DNA of 64,000 nucleotides from Gnetum montanum (Eukaryota > Plantae > Gnetophyta), in the NCBI GenBank assembly GCA_015680685.1, contig MNCI01000690.1, positions 184,852-248,851 of the forward strand, written 5' to 3'. Shown here one piece after another: positions 36,867 to 49,700 of the stretch (the stretch's first letter is position 1; each line of letters begins with the position of its first letter). Under the pieces are notes generated by a model that searched no databases, was not told the origin of the DNA, and saw nothing but the letters and a program-made list of their open reading frames with translations. The translations under genes and the position numbers were made by a program.

Positions 36867-38849
36867 CTATGGTTAGAACACATCCATGGATTAGTAGATA
36901 TAATGTGTAACTTAAAATTTTTTGGATACCTTATTTTGTTAATTAGTTACACTTGGCTATGGTTGGACCATGGTAGATTGATTATTTTATTAATTAATTT
37001 TTATTATAAGTGTCACCAGAGCTCATTAGAAAGGTTTAGCTTTTGTAATTTGGTGTTTTAATGTTGATCCCTTAGTTAAACCTTGGTGGGAGTTGAAAAA
37101 ACATTGAATTTTTTTTGTGAAAAATGACATGTTTGTGGCCCCCATAACTAAGAGCTTACTTCTAGTAGTTATAGAGTTGAAGAATGAAGTGATTTGGATA
37201 AATAGTTAGGAAGTTATGTGCTTTGAAAATTTGAAAAACTCCCTTGGTGTTTGTGAGCATATTTATAGCATTTTTGCGCTGCATCGATGGGGTTGCAAAC
37301 ATGAGGCCTGATATATGCATGAGCTCCATCGATGGAATCCTATTTATGGGATCTATAAACAAACTTTTAAAACTTAAATATTTCAAAAAATATAAGGAAT
37401 TTTTGAATGAATATGTAAAGGAGCACATGGTCGAATGCAAAAGATGGATGTATGAAAGATTTTGATTGCAATAATGCTTAAGGTGAAGGTGCTTAATGAA
37501 CCTAACCAAGAGATATGCAATTGGGTCCTTCCCATAGCAGGCACATGTCTTTTTTGCCCTTGCATAAGCTCAGCCTAAGGAGTTTGTGGGCCCCATAGGC
37601 AATTAATGACTGATGAAAGTTAAAGATCAAAACTCGAAAGATTCTTTCAAATAATTCAAGTACATTATACAAAGACATTGAACAAGAACATGGACATTGG
37701 TAGTAAGGTGAGTTATGGGCAGCATGGATGGATGATGGAGAAAGTGAAATGGAGTTCTGAATTTAGGTCATAAAAAGTCCCTTGTGGATTTTTGGTTAAA
37801 TGACCTGAGAAGATCCATCCTTAGTCTAGACCAAAATCAATCACTTTTAATGACTTTGCATCACCACTCCAAGACCGATCCACCCCCTCGAGACACAAGA
37901 GTGCTCTCATAGAACAACCATCATTCCTTAAAGACAATAAAAGAGAAGTAAAAAGTGAGAGAGGACCTTAGTTAGAGGGGACCTTCAGGCATGGGTAATC
38001 TATCTTTCTAATCCCATAACCAGTGCTTGTAGCCTATTTATTTGTCTAAGGGGTGTGCTTTGAATTCCCATCATGTGTTATTTTTTTCTTCATTTTTTCC
38101 TTGTTTATTTTTTAAATAAATTTTTTAAATTATTTTTCTTTTGAATAGGAACCACACCATGCAAAGACTTATTCAACTTCTTGTTATTGGTTGACACAAA
38201 ATGATAAGAAATCCATGATAACAGTCATGCACCCAAGTAAGTAGAAGCGTACAAAGAGTATTGAGTCCCCTTAAAGTCACACCCTATGCAAATCTTTGAA
38301 TCCTTCCTAATTCTATAAACTACCAAGGTCATAAATTTATTACAAGTTTATTTAATGAAAGGGACCTCATACTTCCAAAACAAGGAAAACCATAGAGTTT
38401 GTGGATGGGTGAATGTCATGGACTCACTGACTATTCCATGAAAAAGAAACCATGTCTTAACCATTGGTACAAAAATTTTAAAATAGAAACTAGACATTAA
38501 CAAACAAAACATTAAGCATAAACCACCATTGGCAATAGCTATAGCACTACTGTGTCCTATTGGCATAAATCACATTTATTAACAAAAATTAGAAAATCAT
38601 ACTAAAATAAAGTAAAATATATTAGAAAGTGTAAAATATTCAAGAAAAATTTAAATGTGCTAACGATGGTGTTAAATAGGAAAAAGTTTTAAAAATTCAA
38701 ATAGGTATAAAATAAATAATTTGCAAAAAACAAAAACATGTAAAAAAAACATAGAAAAATTGAGAATCCATGTATGATTAACATAGATGGCCATCTTTCC
38801 CATGACTAAGTTGGAAGGAGGAGATCCAAAAAATTGAGTGTGGTTGTCC

Positions 38850-40140
38850 ATTTGTTGAGGTATCTGTTATGTTGGCTTGCTTGGGCTAGTGGAAAGGCTT
38901 TATTTATTAGATGTTGACCAACTACTTTTTTTCTGGGCTTTCAAGTTTGTATATGATCATGGCCCCAGAAGGAAAGGTTTCATCAATTATATAAGGCCCC
39001 TTCCACAATGTTTGGAATTTGGTTTTTTGAGGTACATGTGTGGGGTTCCAATAGAGAACATTATCTCCCAGTTGAAATATCTTTTTCCATATTCTAAGGT
39101 CATGACATAATTTTTTGAATGCCTTGTGCACTTCATTCAAGGATAGGGCTACCAAGAAATTTTTATCTACCACATTTAGGTTGATCAGTCTTTCTTTTTG
39201 TGCCAAACTTAGGTCAAGATCCAAGTCACAGGCTGTTGAGAGTGTACGAAGCTCAAATTGAATTGGAAACATTAGAAGTTTTCTATACACCAACTCATAG
39301 GGAGAGTAGTCAATAGGGAGTTTCCATGTTGAGTGGTAGGTCCAAAGGGCATTGTTGAGTTTGGTGCTCCAATCTCTCCAATATTTTCTAATAATTCTTA
39401 TTAGAATCTTTGTGATCTCCTTGTTAGTCACCTCTACTTGACTATTGGCTTGGGGATGGTAGGATGTTATTAATTTATGTTCAACTCCTAAGCATTGCAT
39501 GAGTTTCCAAAAAGTAGCACCTGTAAAATGAATTCTATTATTAGAAATTAGTGCACATGGTACCCCAAACCTATTCACAATTTTTTTTTGTATAAATCTA
39601 GTATCAATGGATGATGTAAAATTGATGACGGCTGCTGCTTCTACCCATTTGGTATAGTAGTCAATGACAACAATTATATATTCTTTTTCATTGGACATGC
39701 ATGTGATGGGACCCATGAAGTCGATGCCCCATATATCAAAGAGTTTTAGTGGTTGAATCCATTATTGGAAACCCTCCATTCATGTGGTCATCCCACCATC
39801 TCATGGACATTGCTCATAGGATTAGACAAACTAGTGGCCATTCCTAAAGATTGTGGGCCAATAGTCTCTTGCCATTAGGATTTTTATGGATGTGCATCTT
39901 CCAGCATAGTGGCCTCTATAAGGGCCTTCATGAGCATCCTAGAGAATGCATAGTTGATTAGCATCAAGTACATACCAATGAATAAGGCCATCAGCACATA
40001 CCTTATAAAGGTGTCCGTTGATTTCCATAAATGGTTTGGCTTGATGGAGAAACTGTTGTTCTTCCTATAGTCCAAATCTTGTGGCATCTCTTGAATGAGA
40101 AGATAAGTGAGAATGCCATCATACCATTTTGGTTTTGTGG
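38850..40140 (-). pseudogene. Gypsy integrase, degenerate
   Basis: ORF 38922-39716 plus upstream zinc-finger remnants. Confidence 0.9.
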
Positions 40141-43100
40141 GCATTTGTTCATTTGTTGCACAAGCAAAGAGAAGTTTATTAGGAAATTAATCAAAGAGCG
40201 GGCTCTCCTCCTCTTTGCAATCCCATTGTAATCGAGAGAGATGGTTAGTGACCACATTCTTAGTCCCCTTTCACTCTACCATTGTGAGATCAAATTCATG
40301 CAAGATCACTAGCCATTGTATGACATGGGGGCTCACCATTGGCTTGTTCATGAGGAACTAGATGGCATTGTGATTAATATGCACAAACACTTTATATCCA
40401 AGCACATAGTGTCTAAAATTTTCCAGAGCATACACCACCATCATCAGCCCTTTCTCTGTGGTGGTGTAAATGCTTTGACTTTCACAATAGATGTAATATG
40501 GATATTTCTTATCATCAAACTATGTCAGCATGGCTCCCAAGGCATAGTTAGATGCATCTATCTTGATATGAAATGGTCTAGAACAATTAGGTACTCATAG
40601 AATTATAGTCTCTACAAGCTTCTACTTGAGACTATGGAATGAATTTTTGCATTCCTTGATCTAGATGAATGAAGCATCTTTCTTTGTTAGCTTGACCAAC
40701 AATATTGTGATCTTAGAGAAATTCTCTATAAATCATCAATAGTAGTGAGTGTGTTCAAGGAATGACCAAACATCTTTTACAATTTCTAGTTGGTGGGTAA
40801 TTTTTTGGATGACCCTTATCTTTTTGGGGTTTACCTTAATCCATTCCTATGAAATTATATGCCAAAATACAATGCCTTCTTGGACCATGAGATGGCTCTT
40901 TTTCCAATTTATTTGTAGGTTTGTTTCTACACATCTTTTTAGTACTTTCTCAAGGTAGTCCAAGGCTTGCTCAAATATAGCATTGTAAGTAGAGAAGTCA
41001 TCCATAAATACTTCCACCCTACTACTGATTTGTTACTAAAAGATGCTTAAGACGAGGTGTTGGAAAGTGGTAGGAGCATTGCATAGATCAAAAGGCATCT
41101 TGCAATATGCAAAGGTCCCCTAGGGACTTATGAATGTTGTTTTGGCCTAGTCTTCTAGTGCAATTTGGATTTTGTTATAGCCACCATAACCATCTAAAAA
41201 ACTATAATAGTAATGCCTAGATATGGTGTTCAACACTTAATCAATGAATGACAATGGAAACTGTTCTTTGAATGTTGCCATGTTTAATAGCCTGAAGTTG
41301 ATACAAACCCATCATTTGCCATCTCTTCACAAGTGGGTTGATCCACTCACTATCTGCAATGAGATAGATGAACACTGTCTTAAGGAGTTTCTTAATCTTT
41401 GATGATTTGCTTTAATTTTGAGTTCAATTGTCTTAGTGGTTACCTCCTTGGCTTCATGGATGGATTAGTATAAATGTAGTGTTGGCATATCCATGGATCA
41501 ATTCAAATGAGTTTAGGATATAACCAAGAAAAGGCTATTGGCCACCTACTAACCAATTTCAATAGTTTTGCTTTCTGCTTGGGAGCAAGTTTGGCATTAA
41601 GTATAACCAACTTGCCATTTTTTAAGAATGCATATTCTAGGCTAGCAAGTAGAATTTTTTTGAACTCTAAGGGCTCTTATTTAAAAATTCTTAGGGATCT
41701 CTAACTCTCTCCAATTGGTATTAGCATTTCCATTATCAGAGAGTTGGTGATGAACTTGCTCTAGTTCATCTATGCCTACAATGTAAGTGCATGTCATGCT
41801 CTCAGTAGGTTCCATGCATATTGTGTTGTTGTTAGAATTAATGATCAACCATTGGATGCCCTCTTGTTTTGTGGCTATTTCATATAAACACCTTTGAATA
41901 TTTGCTTCATGTGCACTTTTCCTGCATGTAGAAATAGATGCTCATTTCACAAATCAAAGTTTTGGCACGTAATTACACCTAATATTGCTATACATGATGC
42001 ATGGAACTTGCCTTTTCTCGATCTTTCCAAATGCATTTTTTCTTATATATTTCTAGGGAAAGATATCTAATGCCCATTCTTACATCAACAGTGCTTAGCC
42101 ATGCCCTTCCCATAATGATTGGGAAGTTCCCTTTACAGTTCTATACCTTCATCACTAGGAAATTAGCAGGATAAGACCACCTGTAGATAATAATCACAAT
42201 GTCTTCTTCTAGCCTCAATGGAATAGTAATGGACTAGTCTACCAATTCCAATAAGATTTTTCTCTTCTTTAGAGGCAATAGGTTCTAGGCAGTATACATC
42301 TCATGAGAAATCAAGTTCACACCATAACCTAAATTAAGAAGAGCTTTACATGGTTCATTCCCAGCAATCTACAAATAGATAAGAGGACTTCTAGGATAAG
42401 CTAATTTCCTAGAAAGGTTGTTAGCTTGAATCCAATCAAATATGGTATGAGTGAGCATAACAGTATGAATTCTAGGTGGTATTTGATTTGAAGGGTTTCC
42501 AATGGAATGATTTGTAGAGGATGAGGTAGGAGTAGGGTGACAAGCCACCTGAGTCTGTGAGGGCTTGGTAGGGTTGTTGGATTGGAAGAATGGTCTTTTA
42601 TGAGAATGAGGTTTCAAACCACTTAGTTGATGAATCGATTGTAGATTGACAACCCTGGTAGCATTACATTGCTATGACTAGGTTGGAAGTTCATCCTGCA
42701 TGGATGTAGTAGGCGATAGCTACGTTGTGGATGGAGGAACAAATGTAGGAACAAGAGGAGGATAAGGATAGAATGTGGTATCCCTCATGGAATGTAGAGA
42801 ATGAGCTTGATAGTATTTGGAAGGATAGCAGTGATGTTGGAAAGGAGAAATGTGACTTGAAGAGTTACATGGAGATAGGGGTTGTTGAATGTAATACCCA
42901 TATGACTTTGGTTATCTATAAGGGTACTACTACCTTGGCGGTGACATCCCCAATGATTGTGGTTGATGCCATTGTTGATACTGCTTGTACGGTTGTAGTA
43001 GAGTTCCATGTAGATAATATTTTTACTATTGATGGAACTGCCTAGAATTGCTTTGAGGATAAGACAATCTTCTAGGTGTTTGACTTTTTGCTAGTCGTGG

Positions 43101-45126
43101 ATTCAAAGCATACATCCTAGACTCTTGTAAGTGTGACACGATGGGGTAACATTCCTTAGGATGTTCATATTGGCAGATTTCATAGCCACCACCATCATTT
43201 GATTTAGTTTCTGCAACTTCATCTATTGTAGAAATCTTGTCCTTGCCCCTTTGATTAACATGTTTAGCTTTCTTTCATCTCCTACAATCATGATCACTAC
43301 TTTGTTCTTTGGACTCTTCAGCAATTTTTAGGACAACTTGAAATATATTATTCATAGAGTCCCATAATTGATCTACCTTACATAAAATTTTAGAGTTAAA
43401 TTTTTGGATTGGTAAGTTTTTCTAGTTTACCACCTTATCTAGTGATGATTCCTCCTCACTATCACAAAATTGGACCTCCCTCTTGCAAATGGAAGGATCT
43501 CAGTTATATTCTTCTACACTTTCATGTTTTCTCAACTCTCTTTCTTCTTTTGCTACTTACTCAATTAGCCTTTGGATTTGATGGGCTCTTAATTCATATA
43601 GTCTTTTTTGGGCATAGATCCCAAGACTTTTCCTCATTTTAAAGGGAAGCCCATCTATGATGTGGTGAAGTTGTTCCTACTAAGAGTAACCATGGATAGG
43701 GCATTGGAGTAATAAGAAATAATATCTACCCATGGTGGCATCCAAGGACTCATGTGTTCCTTGCTTCCAACCTTGGATTTTCCTTCTTAGATTAAACACT
43801 TGGGAGTATGTTTAATACTTTTCTTTGAATAGTTCAAGCATTGTACTCCATCTATAGATTGATTTTGACTCCAAGGACTAGTACTAGCATTTTGCTTCTT
43901 TAATGAGTATCCTAGGAAATAACTTAAGCTTTTGCTAGTTGTTTTCTATATTTTTCAAGGAACATGCATTGTGAAAAACCTAAAGATGGTTATGTGGACC
44001 TAAGTTATATCCCCTTTCGAACCTAGGGATATTATCATTTCTAGCGGCTATTCTTTATGTGCCTTGTAGAAATTCTCACTATCTCTACAATGTTTAGGAT
44101 GCTTTGGGTAGTGGGAAAAGGCTCATCATAGCCATGATCCTAATGCCTACAATGCCCTCTACTACCCCTTCATTTATGGTGATGGGCCTTTCTTGCACAC
44201 GGCCTGGATCTTGACTTGCCTAATGGTCCCTACAATCATCTTGGTCCCATCGGTCACCTCCATCATGATTGCAGTGTTTAGAGCCAGAAGAGGAAGAAGA
44301 AGACAATGAGGGAGAAGAGGAAGAAGGACTAGCATCATCACAATGCCTTCCACCCCCTCTTTGGTGGTCATAGCCATGATCCTGATCATGCTTCTTGCCT
44401 GCATCCCTATCATGTTTCTCCTTCTTGGATCCCCCTTTGTCATGGGATCTGTTCTTGCCAAAATCGAGATTATGTATCATGGACTGTAAGTTTTGGTTTT
44501 GACCTCCTTCACCACAGTTAAGGAGAGAAGTTTCTCTATATGAAAAGCCCCTAGAGAAGGGTTCTTCACCATCTTTTTAGTACATCAGGAATGGGGAATC
44601 ATTGGACCAATTTCCTTTCATAGACTCATAACATTGCTCTAGCTATCGATCCCTCAGATGTTGTGCATTACTGGGATGATAATCCTTGGCATCACTATCC
44701 TAAAAAACATATTCAACATGAAGCCCTTGGATGCCCAACCATAGAAGATTTTGGTGGAGCATTGTAGGAATGGATTGATCAGGTGACAACACAGTGTTTC
44801 CCTCCATGTCTCACCACCATAATAGTTCATCCTAGTGTAGGACAAAGGTGAAATTGGCTACATACTCATTAGGATGAGCATATACCACTTTGTATTACTG
44901 GGGCACTAGCCAATTTGCTCTGTTAGACTTCGGTGGAGAATCACTCTAATGAGAAGAAGACATCTTATATTAGAAGACAAGAAATATAGTGTGCTTTATT
45001 ATAAATGTTGTAGTTATTTTGATGTATGATATGACTTTAGGGTTTTTTTCAATGATGTTAAATAAATTTTCACTAAGTCTTAGATAATGCACGTAACAAA
45101 CTAAAAGTCCCTAGTAATGGTGCGAA

Positions 45127-46023
45127 TGATGAGTGTTGAGTATACCTTATGCCCAACCATACAAATTACAAGAATTCACACAAAATCTAGTCAAATTCTA
45201 TAGATGTTAAGTTCTCATGTACACTGGTTCTAGGAGATGAAATTTAACTGTGATGATCATTGTCTTCCCAACTATACTTGTGAAGCTTAGTTGTATGGTT
45301 AAGTGTAATTGAGGCACATAATTTTTATTATTTTATGCTTTATTCACCTATAATTAATAACAAGTTGAAACTTAATTTATGAGCAAATTTAACTAATCTA
45401 ATTGCCAATTAATAACTAACTATCTTAACATAAGCATCCAGTCCCACTTTCTACACACATCCTGAACATATACAATGTTGCTATGTTACCAAGCATTAAG
45501 TGCTGCTAGGATTACCAAGTGTTGTATGTTATGCTTGAAGTGATCATAATTATGTGTTTAATCTATTTAGCTTAATTAATTAATCAATAAAAGTCTAGTT
45601 TATCTTAATTAATGAAAACAGTAAATGCAAAAATAAATCATTAATCTATTCCAAGTGATGCAAGGTTTGATCAAAAGCTCATCTTTATTACTGTTTGCAT
45701 TGGTGTGTTTAGGTACATCAATGCTTGAATAAAGATCCATACACTTTCTAACTCTTGTTGCGAACACTTAAAAAAATATTCTAACTCTCAAATGACAAAA
45801 TTGCAAGAGCTCTACTACAACTATGATAAGATACCCCATAAACATGGTTGGTGAGTGCATATTTATAGACTTTATTATGGAGCTAAATTGCTAGGGTCTT
45901 GTAAAAGTAGTAAATGCTACATTGATGTGGCCCCGTCAATGGGGAAACATCACACTGATGGGGCTACATCGATGGGGACCCATCAACGAGGACTCATCGA
46001 TGTGACACTTTGACACTTCATCA
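45127..46023 (-). repeat. 5' LTR
   Basis: TG..CA ends, adjacent PBS, TATA at ~45860. Confidence 0.9.
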
Positions 46024-46028
46024 CCAAC

Positions 46029-46735
46029 TAACCACCATCATTAGTTCAAATTTAGATTAAATATTATAGTTTATTTCTATGAGTTTAAAGTTTGTTTATG
46101 AATGACTTTAATATGATCTAAAGTTATTATCTGGTATCTCTATTCAAGTGAGATGTACCTGGTTGCATTTCATGGATGGAAATAAAGATCAAGATTATTT
46201 TTTATCATTGTAGCATATCACTTAGTATATATTTACATTTTATATGTCATTACATTTTCATTGTATGTTAGTAACTCAAAAAAAATTAAGTAAAATTACT
46301 TTTAAACATAATTTATAATCATCTAGTAACTCGACAGTAATATTCCTTAGTTCACCTAGTAGTAAGTCACTTCGTAATCCTAGTGGCAGTTATACCAGTC
46401 TAGGACATGTAAAGTAAGCCAAGACTAGATGCTTCTTACATTAGCCTGGTTTGAAATTTACTTTATATTATTTTAAAAATTAATATTTAATTACTATATT
46501 CCATTACTATGTTTTACATTACTTTCTTCGTGCTAAGAAATATCAATTCATATACCTCACTATGAGTTAATCCATACACATCACATACAACTAACTTAAG
46601 TGAAAAGGTGAGAATTAATAATCATGCATTAACTCTCTAGAGATAATATTAAACCATCCATAGATTACTATTAGGTTACATGTAGTGGTTATGTGATTTG
46701 TATGATTGGACATAGGGAGCTCTAATCACTTATCA
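46029..46735 (+). repeat. 3' part of the old Athila-like LTR
   Basis: Similar to family LTRs; ends cacttatca, followed by a decayed PBS and gag start at 46873. Confidence 0.65.
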
Positions 46736-49700
46736 TTAGTTTTGTCATTGAGGATGGTGTTAATATTCTAGTTAGTTAATATTATACAAGATTGTTGTAC
46801 TAAATCTTTAAGACTTACCTTTCAAAAAACTTAATATTGTCTTGAGACACCCACAATTTTAACTAATAAAACATGGCTTCTACATACAAAACTAATTTCT
46901 CATCTACTAATAAAATTGATGAAGAAAATGATAGAATCCTTACTGAAAATACATTGAGTGGACCAATGAAAATAAGAATATCTTATGCTGACTCTAATTC
47001 TTATTATCATGTCTTTCTTTCATTTTTCATAAAGATGAATATTTTACATGAAAAAAATTTCAAGAAAATGTTATACTATCATCCAATTAATTAACACCAT
47101 ATATGCTTTAAGCTATTTGATTAAGATTTGATCTTGGTTATATCCATGGAGCGTATCTAGTTACAAAAAATGTGACTAGATCCTATCAGCTAATAGAAGT
47201 CCAAGCTAGAAAAAAATACTATCATGGAGGTTATACATGAACATGATAAGGATAAACATAAATCTCAATTGATACTACCATTAGAAAAGAAAGATGTAGA
47301 ATATTAGTTTGCAAAGTTCAATCCTCACCAATCAAGCTCTTAATCTCTTATCTTGAATATCAAAGATTCTATACAATAAAGAATGTATTTAACTTTGGCA
47401 AATACTTCTTAAGGAGATGGAATGGATTCTAGAACAAGAAGAAACTCAAGTCCTAGAACCTCTCGCAGAACTAGAAGAAAAGAACTAAGGAATCATAGAA
47501 GAAGATCAAGCTAGCTGTTACATCCTAAAATTAACTATAGGTAAATTTATAAGATTTGTTAAGATGAATGATTAAATTACTTACAAATAAATATTTTATA
47601 TGAAAAACTTAAAATCCAAAATTCAATTCACCAAATATGAAACCTTATAATCCAATAAGCATACTTAAACAAACCATAAAAAATAAATCACTTAACAAGA
47701 TCCATGTAATGATATATTAATAACTTAGGTACAAAATCTTAACGTACAAGTTACAAGAGATACATAAGTGAACCATAAGGAATATTTACAAATCCATAAC
47801 ATGGCTCTAAAAATACAAAAATGCTTAAATCCTTTGTTTTCAAAGCTTCTTTAAGCACCAATTCTCATGTGGCATAGTGTGATCTAGCATCTGTAATGTC
47901 ATCATGAATCTCCATTTAAGCCTTCTAACCAGGGTATGCCTAAAACACATGTAGGAAGAGTTAGAACACCTTCATAGTAGAAGAAATTACCTTGGTATCA
48001 TCAAGAACAAGCTAGAAGATGAGGTTTACACTATAAAGTACATTGTTAAAATTAATAGTAATTACCCATTAATATAATAATTAATTAATATCATTAACAT
48101 TATTATTAATAATGATCATTAACTCATGATTTTCCATAGGCTTCCATGGTATTTCCATGAGTTTTCTAGTATAGGACATTTGGAATAACTATAAGGTTGA
48201 TACTAACTTAATTAGTTATCAAGGACTATTTGGTGTGATACCTTACCTATCTAGAACAATCCTCATGTAATGTCAATTTTCAACTATTAGGTTATGTTAT
48301 TGCTAGTATCAATCCTATAGTTACTTTAGGTTCTAACTCCTCACTACCACCCTGGATAAGGTATATTATCAAATGTAGTGTCACTATATAGATGGTCTAG
48401 CTTCAAAGTCAATATAGATGATTGACTAGCTAGTCATATACTAGTTTTCTTATCGCAAATTATGTTATTAATGAACCTCACCGATACTAACAATAATGCC
48501 CCTGGGTTTAAGGCTAACTTAAGCTAAATGATTAATTATCAAATATTAGCAGCCTAATCATTATTGATGAACACAATTAATACTATCTGCAATGCTCCTA
48601 TATTGATGGTACACCTTTGAAGTCAACCTAGATGAACAACTAGTAATATTAGTAGCCTGAATTTTGTGTTCCTAGCTTTCAACATGTTGAACATGCCCAT
48701 ACATGTCCAAAATATCTACTAGTCACTACTAAATGAAGATGTTGTCTCTGCTAGATGTTGCCACTATTAGAAGTAAATGTCACAAGAGAAAGATGAGTAT
48801 GAAACCTAAAGAAGAAATTACTAGAAATGACAAATTATAGTAAGAAATCAACAAATTAGGGTTAGATCGATAGTAAAAAATAAAGGTTAGATCAACATTA
48901 TGAAATAATTAAAAGCTAGCTTTAAAGAAAGTTAAATTATAAGGAAAAAATTGATAAAAAAAGAACATTTTCTCTATCTAAGCTATCATTTGAGATCCAA
49001 GCTTTGCTAAATAAGAACAAGTTTAGATCTAGAAACCTCCAGGATATTTGCCAAGCATAGTCACAAGCACAAGCACAAAAGAGAGAGATGAGAAATTGAT
49101 ACTACAAAAGCTAATGTTATTACATATTATAGATATAAAAAATTAGCATTTGAGCAATTCCAAGAATAAACAAGTAAAAATATATTTTCTAAAATTGGAT
49201 AACATGTATTTATCAAAAAATGTACCAATGATCAACCAATAGGTTTAAAAGTTACTATGAAAATATTAGAATAAGACCACATGTCCAAGAATATGTTTCA
49301 AAATAAATAAAAGAATAACTAGAATAAATCCAAAATATTTAACATGTCTCATTACTATATTCTTACTTTATTCCAAAATCTTAGAATAAAATAAAATATA
49401 TAACATATAGATAAAACATAAATAAAATACTAGTAATTGGCCACCAGGATTCTTCCAACTTGTCCTTCATAATGGGCATTAGAAACTAGTAAATACATAG
49501 AAATAATAATTAAGAAATAAATACAAAATAATAGTATTTCTAAAAGATGTAATAAGAATAAGGTTCAAGGTCTAATACCTTAAGAAACATAATATTTAGA
49601 TATAATAAAACATGTATACTTACCAATACCTGAGTTGTTCCAAGATACATTATACACAAGCTTGTAAGAAAATATACCATGATGTATTAATCATAAAATG

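Larger units (their letters stand above)
32895..46023 (-). mobile_element. Full-length, decayed Athila-like Ty3/gypsy retrotransposon with 3' extra ORF (13.1 kb)
   Basis: LTRs 32895-33817 and 45127-46023; TSD ccaac at 32890-32894 and 46024-46028; degenerate Asp PBS next to 45126; gag ~44960-43100, PR ~42460-42000, RT ~41600-40750 (LDGYGGYNQI, MPFDLCNAP, EVFMDDF), RH ~40600-40240, INT ~40000-38850 (IDYYTKWVEA, YHPQANSQVE, WKGPY). Confidence 0.93.
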
